Source: Chlamydiales bacterium
GTDB lineage: Bacteria; Chlamydiota; Chlamydiia; Chlamydiales; JAAZZY01
Direction: 5' to 3'
Length of the DNA: 64,000 nt
Assembly: GCA_965206695.1 (NCBI GenBank)
Contig: CBDBKM010000011.1
Coordinates: 1-64,000 of the forward strand
The notes below the pieces were generated by a model. It was not told where the DNA came from. It saw only the letters and a program-made list of their open reading frames with translations, and made no database searches. A program made the translations under genes and the position numbers. Numbering within the stretch: position 1 is the stretch's first letter; each line of letters begins with the position of its first letter. Positions 21,014 through 33,000 of the stretch are shown here, piece after piece.

Positions 21014-24000
21014 GTGCCTTTATTAATTTTAAATGAGACTGCTAAACAAGTAACTCTTCCTTTTAATATTAAAGGTAGAGCTCTTTCTTCTCGCCCAAAT
21101 AAAATAGATCTTTCTTTCGTTCAAGAACTCCCGATTTGCTCGGCTATTAATACTACAAATAGCAAACAAGTTAAACCCGTATTCCTAGGGTCAATTGACC
21201 CCAAAAATGAGTTAAAAATCAAAGATTTGGCTTACCAAGTAGATGGTGCTCAATATAACTTAAATGATCATTTAGATAGTTTGACAAGTAAAGATTTTAC
21301 TTTTTCATCCGAATCCTTAGCTAAAATGTTAACTATTTATTTTAAACTAACATCGGAAATAAAAGATTTAGAAACGAAGAATATCTCGATTTCAGCTGAC
21401 TTACAACAACAACTTCATGGGATATCGATTAATATTGAACATTATTTAAACAAATACGTTGATTCTTACACAGCAGAATATGCCGAATCTCTATTACAAT
21501 ATGAGAAAGCTAAGAAAACCTTAGAAACAGCTGAAACGGTTAATTATTTACCATGTTTAAATCATTTCCAACAAGCGGCCGGCCTTTTATTGGAACTCTC
21601 GAAACAAGGATCCGATTTTCTTGATTTATTATCAACGTACCAATGTAAAACAGCTGTCCATCTCTCCTTAGATAAGCCTATTTTAAGGCTCTTATCCGAT
21701 ACATTAGGATCTGTGAAAGATTTTAGAGATCAACAAAGCTATACAAATTGGTTTTCTTTGGGTTTATTAGATACGGATCATGGTGGAGGACAGCGACTAT
21801 CACCAAGAGAAGAATACGATCTTGTTCACAGTGGATTAAGAAATATCATACAACAATTTTTAGAGCAATTAGATGTACAAAAAAAAGATAAACTTATTGA
21901 GTATCTCGAATCTTTTGTAAACGAAGACTCTTTAAAAAACATAAATTCATTTGCCGCTTATCAAAAAAATAATAGTTTATTAAACCTTTTATATCATGAA
22001 GATTTTATCAAGTCTTCTTCTCTGGAAAGTAAAATATTTCGCTTAAAAAAACAGGCCGATGCGATATCAATTCAAAAAGCAAAGCAACATTGGGCAGCTC
22101 TAAAAGGTAAATCCAAGGAAAAATTATTAGTCAGTGAACCCGGATCCCTTGAAGAACAAGTGATCGCATCACCTGCAAAAAGAACTTCCTTTCTCAAGTT
22201 GTCAAAAAAATACGCACTTAATACTATTGTCGAAGACGGACATTGTTGCTTCTCTGCCTTTGCCTTTTATTGGTTTTTACATCTAGCCAATAACAAGAGT
22301 CATTTAAATCGAGCGATCACATTAGTTCGTGATAATGCCGAGGCGGTATCCGATGAATTAACCGAAAGGATGTTAGATCATCTGAATGCTTTAAAAGCTT
22401 CTCCGAATAAAATATATGATCTTTTAAATCATCCACAAATCTACGAAGATATTGTATTCTATCTTAGAGATCTTTCTGTTCAATATCTTAAAACTCATGA
22501 TCCTAAAATACAAACGAATAGCATGCAACAAAGATTGGTTGAATTATATGCCGGTTCTTCAAATCCCGAGAAAATAGAGTTAGCATTAAAAGCGTTAAAA
22601 TCGGGAGCCCGTTGGGGATCTCATGAAATCTTATGGGTATTAGGTCAAAAGTTTCAATTACCCGTTCCTCTATTAAACCCGGGAGATAAGCGTTCGGATA
22701 CGATTAAATATACCGTTCTAGATGCACAACACGCTAATTTAGAAGAATCCGTCGATTTTCAAGAAAGTCATCTTTCTCAAACGCCACATGGGCTAATTGT
22801 TGCAGATGGGCGACATTTTAATGTAATCTCTTCTAAAGCATCTCATAGTGCTTTATTCAATCCCGGTAGAGCTTTAGAAGAAAGTCATCAAATAAGACTA
22901 TCCGAGATTCGCCGAAGTCGACAAGAGGTTTTAAGCAAAGAAAAGAAAAATTGGCTAAATGAAGTTGAGAAGCAAAAACATCGGGAATCTTCCGAATGCT
23001 CCGACCGAACTAAACAATATCTTGGATTGTTCTTCTTGATTCTTCTTTCTTCCGAGAATGTGATTCAAATGAATCAAAAAATGTCATTTAAGCCACCCGA
23101 ACTACAAAGAGAAAGACCCCTTGATGATGAAGATCAAGCTCTTGTAACACCCACCCCGACTTGTTCTTTAAAAGAATTAGTCAGGCAAAATCGTATCAAT
23201 CAAGTCCCGGAAATACTCAGGAAGATATTACCCGAAAATATTTCCAACCGGTTATCATCATTTATACAACCGCAAAGCGAGTCTCAAATCGAACATGGAC
23301 TGGCAATTGCCTGTGATGCCGAAATGGAAGCCATAGCTTTAAAAAGACATATTGAAACACTAGCAGAAATGCAAGATCCATTATTAAAGTTTGAAAAAAA
23401 TGATATGTTAACAAGCGAAGCCAAACAACACATGCAATCCTATTTTTTTGAAGTCGATCGAGCTTTAAATGATTTAACTACGAATATTCCGCCAAAAGCT
23501 TCAGAGGAAGACCTGTTGCAATGGCAATCGTATTTGTATTGGACAAAAATTCAGCTAAAAAGCTTAAAAGATGCCTATTTTGAAGTCATTGATTACGTGC
23601 CTCCTTTAGAAACAAATGCAGGAACGCCTAAATTATTAAAGCCGGGAAAATCCGGGCCTATATTGGTAAAAAAAGCGGAAAACCCGGATACGCTCTCTAA
23701 TAGAAGAGGGACGGATATACATGCTTTCAGCCTTTCTAAAACGCCATCAACTTCTCTAGTTAACCTAGTTTCCAAAACATTTGAAGGAAACCTTCATTCT
23801 CTAAAACAACCATGTCATTCCGATGAAAGAGTGGTGGATAAAAGTACCCTTTCCACATCTCCCTCGGATTTAGAAGAAAATGGCAGCTCGACTGTAGATA
23901 TAAGAAATCAATCATCCCCATTTGGCAAAGGTGAAGGTTGTGTTCGACAGATTGTAAATAGAACTCTCCCACAAATATCCCAAATAAGTGATGAACTGTT

Positions 24001-27000
24001 TCTACATATTATTGGTGATTTATTCGGAGAAGACACTCAATTAGAGGGAGGCTTTGTTTTAAATACCATTAATTATATAGAACAAGCAATACAAACCGGT
24101 TTAATTAAAGAAGAAACTACAGCAGAAGGAAAAGACTCGTCCACGGAACAATTATTATTAGAAACCTTTAAAATATCAAAAGAATTAACCGAAATGTTTT
24201 CGAAATCGTCCAGTATTTCTTTGGAGCAATTTAGATCTCATCTAATCAAGAAAATCAAGAATCTAAACCCCGGGCATAGTTTATTTATCGGCGGCGGGTG
24301 GCTTACATTTTCTGGTGGGCATGCGGTTCTGTATGACGTATCAAAAAATGAGGTAGGAAAATTAAAACTAAGAATCTTTAATACAGGAGCCGGATTAGAT
24401 TCTCATAGTTCTTTTGAAGTAGACGGGAAGCAATTTATTCTTCCGATAAAAGAAATTGATGATATTTCTTTAGAAGATGTAACCTCTTATAGTCTTCTTC
24501 ATTCCTTAAGACAGATGAAGACCGTATCTAATAAGTGGGGTACTACCCAACTCTATGATGCTATAATTGGAGAACTTGGGAAAAAAGTAACTTCCAAACA
24601 ATACCCCGTAAACGAACTATTTGATCCCCAGCATTCAGGTACATGTTCATATCGTTCCGTAATGGCATATCTCCATCATTTTTTTTCGAACAAAGACTTG
24701 TATCATCGAATAGATTTTAAGATTAAATTAAAAACTTTGATCGATTTCAGTGAATCTAATCCTTTAGAAAGATTTATCGATGATGAGCAAAAGAGAAAAT
24801 TGCTTCAAAAAGCAATCACCTATTTTTCTAGAGAAGTCATTGAGCTTCACGAAAAATCTATTATTACAGATGAAGAATTTGAACTTGTCTCCCCTGTTTT
24901 ATCAAGGATTTATTCAAAAATGTATCAAGCAAATGAAAAAGCGGTTTTACTATATGCCAATAAAGAAAAAAGACGAACATTTGAGGTTACTAAAAAAGAA
25001 GATAACCGTGTTTACTATCCTTTTAAGAAAGAGAAGTTCGATTCTATCGACATCAAAGGAAAGTCTCATCGAGCACCCTTTGTCTGTTTAGATCAAATAC
25101 CCCCTTTAACAGAAGAATCCTTTTTTAACGGATTGTATACGTTTACTTTAAAAATAGCTCACTTTTACGAAAACCATGATTTTGATAATGCCATTGAATT
25201 AATTAGAACCCTTACTTCTCAGTTTGGTTTTAATAGAGATTTACAACCCGGTCAAATTAACGTAACCAAGGTTATCGAACGGCTAAATAAAGAAGAGCTT
25301 TCTGATCTCGGAGAAGAATTGAATCACCGTTGCAGTCATATATTGATTAAAAGTATTTTACTTACACCTTTAAGAGCAAAAACATTAGAGCCCTCCCTTT
25401 TTTTATCGCAGATGAAGATAATTGCCTTGATGAACCTTTTATTTAACCGTTATTGCCATATTAACGGACTTGAACCGCAAAATATATTCTCTAAAGAGCT
25501 TAAACATATTTTAGATCGAAAAAATGCTTACTTCCTACTATTTGATCCTAAAGAAGAAAAAGAATTTTTACAGCTAAACAGTCTCGTTGAAAAAGATCTT
25601 CCGAAAAAAAAAATTGGCTTTTTTGAGTTTGAACATTTATTCGAATCAACTATTAAGGATGATTCAATATATCTCCCTTTCTTAGATTGGGATTATTTAA
25701 ACACGCAAGAATTCCAAGATCATTTCTATTCATTTCATGGAAAAATATTTCAAGAGTGTTCAAAATCAGAAAAAATAGCATTAACTTTTTGTACCCAATA
25801 TGAACCAAGAAAAACACCAACTATTCATCAAGGTAATTTTCAACTTCCTCAATTATTTCTTGATGCAAGAGAAAGCTGTACAATAGCTGACTATCTATTA
25901 AAGGGTCCTTTACAACTAGATCCTCATTCTTATACTACAACATATGGCTTAGATAACGAATCGATTGATTACGAATGCATTAAAAGAAACAGAGAAGATA
26001 TCATTAGCATCAAATTTTTTAATCAGAGTCCATATGTCGGTTACTATGATTATGACAGGTCGGAATATACTGCAGAATATGGTAACTACAATAAGCAATC
26101 TTATATTTTTCCTTATCTTCATTTTAAAAAACTTAGAAAACCGATCTCCTTACATTCCCTTGTTCAAGAGAATGATATAAGAGTTATAGAGGATGATAAT
26201 CTACTATATTGTCCTTCTTCTTTCTTTTTTTTCCCTTCCATTAGAGACATCCAAAAGATCGGCAATCAAAGGTTTCGTGCATTTAATGAACTCTACTCTA
26301 GTAAAACACTTCAGATCATTAATACCTTAGGCTTTTTTAAGAGACATCTTAGCTCTTTAAAAAATCCCTCTTATCAAGGAAGTTTCGAGCAATTAATATT
26401 CGAACCTACCATACTTTTACAAGCACTCACCTATTCTTCCGATCAAACCCATGCTTTATTAAAGCAATTTAGTGAATTTATAAAAAACGGATACGAGTTT
26501 TTCTTTTCATTAAAAGATGCCGATGCCATGTTCTTTTTTCTGGAAACAAGCTCCAAACTCACTCAATATATTCGGCACATTAAAACATTCCATCCGGATA
26601 TACTGTCGTCGGATTATAATGAAGAACTCTTAGATATATCCACTTTAATTGGAGATTCGTTTACACTTGATTTATCTCAAACCCAAAAAAATCAAAATAA
26701 AGCACTTTTAGCCATTCATCTAGGCAAAAAAATTAATCCCGGCAAACAAGATCTCCAAACAATTTTCTCCTCATATGTTTACTACCGAACACACGTAAAA
26801 TCTGACATAAACAAAAGTCTTCATTTTGATCTGATAAAAACGATTAATAAACACTTATTAAGCTTTAAAAAACTGTTAGAACAAAATTCTAAAGAAGCTT
26901 CTCATATCATCAATTCAATAATACAGCAGGCGCTTCCCTATAAAAAACACCACTCTTGGGTCATTTTGAAAGATTTTCCTCTTCTAACCGGTGAAGATAA

Positions 27001-30000
27001 ATCTATAGCCATTGATCTTAAGAAAGGAGAAGTTACATTAAAAGGCTCGGTAACTGCAACAATCGATCCTGCAATACTTCAAGATCCGGTATTTCAAAAG
27101 TTTTTTCCTAAGATAGACGATTTATTTATTGAGCGGTCGGGCGAAACAGAGTTTGAAATTACAACACAAAACAATACCGAATATCGTGTCTTACTAAACA
27201 AAGGCAATCGAGTTATTTTACAAAAAAAATATAACAATCAATGGTATCAGTATTTCCATCCTAAAGAAATGGCATTATCCGAGATAAACGAAATCTTAAA
27301 CTCTACCCCTTTATTAAAGCTGGCACAAGCATTCGGTTTTCTAAAAACTTATCTAAAAAACTCTTTGGAATACAACGGCTCTACTTTATCCGCTCTTACG
27401 ATACCGGCCTATTTTTTATCACAAGATTTTTCGTTATTTTTTTCAGAGAGTAGTAACGAAGTGTTATGTTGTGATTCTAAAACTCATCTTCCCGTTTATA
27501 GGTTAGATCTATCTCGAATAAACTCCGATACTCAAGTGAGTCATGTATTGGAGAAATTAACTTTAGGAGGAGAGAAAACAGGACTTACCTTAATTGATTT
27601 ACACGATCCGCAAGTTAACGACCTATTTTTTATCAGTCGTTTCGAATCAAGAGATTATACCCTTATATGGAAACATCATCAATTTAAAGAAATCAAAAGC
27701 ATTGAATTTCCAAGATATGGTTTATCATTTAATACCATTAAAGACTCGGAAAATAGACCTTTATTCTATTCTTCTCAATACAAGGGTTACTTTATTAGTA
27801 AGAACCAATTTGTCGAAGGATTAGGAAATTATGGCAATTTTCTTGTTATTGAAAATAAACAAGGAAAAAGATTGGTTATTTTTCCGAATCGACCACTTAA
27901 AAAGGAAGCGGAGCAATCTTCTTTAGTTACAAACCTTCCATTGTATGAAAATGAAGATAAAAAAGTAAGTACCTTAACTATCCCTTTAAATTCTCAAAAC
28001 AGATTCGATTATTACAAATTAGAGTTAAAACAAAAAATTCACTTGGCAAAAATCTTTTTATCGGAACAGATTTATGAGGAAGCAATGGATGTACTTCAGC
28101 TTTCTCGATCATCTATAGAATTATTCTCCGCTAATGAACAAGAACATCTATTAGAGCTCATTTCTTCATCTAAATTAAAAGACCACGATCCAAGAGCTAT
28201 TTTTCTTCAGGTTAAATCTGCCGGCTTATTAGCAAAAAATCTTGCCGATTTCTTACCGATAGAGTCTTATAAATCTTTTCTACCTGAAAAAATTCTATCC
28301 TATATTCCGCAAATCAAAAAAACATATATAGAATATTTGAAGATTAAGTATCCCTTCGATCGTTACTTTTTAGAGAAAAATGAAGAAATAGCACTTTTAA
28401 ATTTATTAACTTATGCATCCGATGAAATTCGGATAAGTCCTATTATTTTAAAAAGACTTAATAAGCTTGATCCTGAAAAATACGATGAAACTATTACTCT
28501 ACTTACTCTGCAAAGGCGCAATCAGGGAAAAACTTTCACTGATACAACAAGCATGAAAGAACTGAAGTCTTACGATTTAGATTTAAAACAAAACCTCTCT
28601 GTATATGCAATTTTCATGTACAATGGGATATCCGATCAAAATCCCTTTCTGTTGCTAGACCCGAAATTGTCCATTCGGCAATTTTACGAATTTTACAAAC
28701 TGGCTAAGAACGAAGATCTTTCAAAAGATGCATTAATCTCATTATTTTCTAAAACATTTCAAATCGATCTTCCCGGAAATCTTCCACTAGATCAAATAAA
28801 AGAAGAAATAAAAAAAGCATTTCATCTCATGTATATTTCCGTATTATCATCGGAGGATAGCCACAGTCGATGTCTTGCATTAACATTAAATGCAGTCTTT
28901 CATCATCCCCAATCTTTTCCCTCTTCAGAGAAATTCCCAAGCATGTTATCTGCGAATGATGATGAAAAAGAACTTTTTTTTGATAACATCATTGAGAAAG
29001 CACAAGCATTTTATACTAATGAAATAACTCATTCCGAAAAGGAACCTTTAACTATACCCCCATTAGACGAGCCATTAGAAGTAGATAATATATCTTCCAT
29101 CCCTATTTCCTCTAAAAAAGTTGAATACTCAAGACCGGCAAACTCTTTGCATTTAGATCGATTGGCTCAACCTATTATTCCCGGGATTTTTTTCGAACCG
29201 ATCACTAAATTAAGCGACCAAGCAAGGCAAGAAGCAGCTCGATTTCAGTTTCAATCACCTTCTAATAATCCTATTCTACAAAATGAAATCGATATTACCT
29301 CCGAAGCATTTACTTCCTATCAAAAAGTAGAGGCAGCCGATTCTGTTGAATATAGAGTCAAAGATCTTGTTGCATTCGGAAACTGGATTGACTACCTATC
29401 TTCAACAACATGGGAAATACATAAAGAGTTACTTGATAAGGAAATAAACCTCTTAATGTTAGCCAACAAAAAGAATAATAACGAGTTGAAAAATTATCGA
29501 TTTTTCGGTGATCTACTAGCGGCAATGAACTTAAAAGAAGCAAAATTATTATTTTCAAAACGTCGTTTATCAGCTTACCGGGAAAAAAATCCCGATTTAT
29601 CACCAGAAAATTGTGATAAACTCGATAAAGCCATTCAAGATTACCTGTTACTTTCTACCTATTATCAACACATTCAGCGTGTTATTCAACATTCGAGACT
29701 ATTTCTGGAAAAGGTCAATCATTTTTCTTCTTCAAGACAACTCGAAGCTCGAGATGAACAAGTACCGTCACCAACTTTCAATCCATTACCCTTTTTAAAA
29801 TTGGGGCAAAAATATGTCAGTCATGCAATGCATCAGGATTTTAAACATATGACAAGTAAAAAACTAACCGAGTCTAGTCCGAGATTACAATCACCTTCTC
29901 AATTTAATCATTCGAATATAGATGAATCATACATGTCTTATCTTGTAAAAGACCTAATGAGAATCATTTTTACAACCAGGCACTATAGCATCATCGATCA

Positions 30001-33000
30001 TCCGGAGTATCTTGTTTTTGAGGATGCAATGAATATGCTTCTTTATAAAGATCAAGTCAATAATTTAGAAATTATTCTAGATAATGGAAAACAGTCAAGT
30101 GCTTCTAGTAAGAATAGGGTATTGGAGATGATTGTAGGCTCGGGTAAAACTTCTGTTTTAGCCCCAATCATAACACATCAAGCCGCTGACGGAAAAAGAT
30201 TATCTGTTTTTGTCTTACCGGCATCGCTTTTTGCTTCAATGAGCAAAGAAATAGAAAAAACATTGAATACGGCATTTCGCCAAGAAATGCAAAGTTTTGA
30301 CTTTAATAGAGAAACTAAATTGACCTCAAAAGATTTAGAATGGATTTACCAAGAACTTCAACTTTGTATTGAAAAGAAAAAGATTCTAATCATGACACCA
30401 CAAAGCATTCAAAGTTTTTATCTGATGACTATCGAATCTTTTTATAAATATTTAGATAATAACAACCCTAAAATGAATTCAGAGTATCATAATCAAATAA
30501 AGTTATATAAAAAAATTCTTTCTCTTTTTAAACAAAAAGGAACGGTATTAATCGACGAAATCGACACTATTCTAGACCCTTTAAAAGAACACCACTTTAC
30601 ATTTGAAAAACAAATCCCGAATCTTGAATCGATTCAACATGCAGCCGATATTTATAAGACAATTACTCTCAATCCATCTTTAAAAAAGCTTTTACCTATT
30701 TTAAATCAGGAAAAAACAAGTCGGGTATCGAAGGAGACTTATCATACTACTTTCAAACCTTTACTGATAAATGCCCTACTATCAGGAAACTTTATTAAAC
30801 AAGACAGAGAATTAAATCGCTTTCTTTCCGGCGAACCAATGATTGAAGCCGTTCGAAAGTTTTTTCTAAATGATGACTACAGCGTTTTTTCCGGCATTTC
30901 CGGCGACTATATAAAAAACAAATTAGCCCTTGCAAAAGAGATGATAGAATCTCTTTTACCCATAACTTTATTGAAACAACCGGATGAACATTTCGGCCTA
31001 TCTAAAAGAGATACCCACGTAAAGATTGCAATTCCTTATCATGGGAGTAATAACCCGGTAGAAGGTTCTAGATTCGGTACTATATATGAAACGATTAACT
31101 ATACATATCAATTATATTTGAAGAAAGGAATTCCGAAAGACTTGCTCCTAAAAACAATACATTCACTAAAAAAACAATTTGCAAACGAATCAAACAATCG
31201 ATTGATTACCGGGATTGCTGATAGTGATGCCTTTAAACGATTTCAACAATTTGCTTCAACAGCAGCCTCTGTTAATGCTTTTATCAACATCGATAACAAT
31301 ATCAATTATGTTTGGGAATTAGTCAATCAAAACCCTCAAAATATCATTTCCTTTGTTGACCTGTTTATACTTCCTGAAATTGATGTTTTTTCGAAACACA
31401 CGCGTGTCACTCCTCAACTATATACATGGATGTTTAACCAAGTTAACGGATTTACCGGAACGCTTTGGAATTTTGATTCTTTTCCGGAAGGGATGCAAAG
31501 CTTCCCTTCACAAAAAGCAACGGGCAAGATCCTCTCTAATCTTTATAAAAATTCCTTTGAAGATGTACATATCATTAAGGAGGCTTCTTCATTAAAACAA
31601 CTTGTCAACCGGATTTTTTCATTAAATGACGGAGACGATATACATGCTCTCATTGATGTGGGAGCTTACTTTAAACACTTTTCAAATCTTGAGACAGCAC
31701 ATGCTATTTTGCATAATCCAATAATAAAGAAAAGGGATCCCCTTATAAAAGGAGTTGTTTTCTATGATGAAGAAAACAATCAAAAAATTCTATTACAGGA
31801 AAAGGATCGGATAAAAATCATTGATTATGCTACAGGAGTCATCCCAAAAAACCAACTCATTACTCTTTATGACCAAAAACATACGACAGGATCTAACATC
31901 CCACAAGCAATGAAAGCAAAAGGCATTCTAACAATTGGACCGCAAATAACACTCCGTGACTTTATACAAGGATCCGGGCGCATGAGACAACTTGATGGAG
32001 GGCAAACAGTAGGTTTTGTAATCTCCGAGGAAATTGTTTCTCTATTAAATGAGGAACTTAATCGTTTTTTAAAAGAGAAGCTTAAAAGTACAGATTCATT
32101 AACTTTGAATGAAATCATACAATTTTCAATCATTCATCAGAGTAATGAAAAGGGAAATAATAATTTTCGTGCTTCTAAAGCTAAATTTGATAGCGCAATT
32201 GAATTTTCTATTTTAGACTATCTCCTCTCCGATTCAATAGCGACAGAAGCATTGAAGGAGGTGTTAGAAAAGTTTAGAGATTACTTTATCTTACAAGAAG
32301 ATGATCAACCTTTTAAACAATTTAGTAGCCCTTCTAAAGAATTAAAAAAAGAAGAGGTTATCGACCAACTCTTCCGAAGTTTTCACAAAAAAACCGAACT
32401 TATAAGCGCCTTTTTAAAACCAATACCCGATGCCCTCTTTAAAGAAAGTAATCAAAGAGAATTTCATAAAAAACTAATGGAAACCTTACCCTCTTATTTA
32501 CTTCAAAAAGATACATCATATCAATTTGAAGTAGAAACAGAAAAAGAAACTGAAGTTGAGATGCAAACAGAAGTAAACAAAGAAGAAGCATTTGATTTTG
32601 GACACGATTGTGTAAATCTGGATCATTTCTTATGGAAAAAAGAATTTTCCGATCAGACTCCCCCTTTTCCCGATTTTTTAACAGCCTCACCTACTCTATC
32701 ATTTGATAGCAACTCTCCTTTTTTAACAAAGATAAGTGTAAAAGACCTCCTAAGGAAACACCGAATGTTTTTTAAATACCGGCCAATATTTGATTCTAAC
32801 CTGGCTGCAACCCAAAATATTATTCCGGTAACATCAAACGAAATAGATATGATTTTTCATCCCTTTTCTTTTGAGATGCGTTCTTCAAACCATGCTCTGA
32901 TTATCCAAGAAGAGGGTTCCGATACCATTGATTGGATTATGTTAGATGAAAAAAATGCTGCTATTTTGAAAGATTCCTCGTCAAAAGAAATAACAAGGCC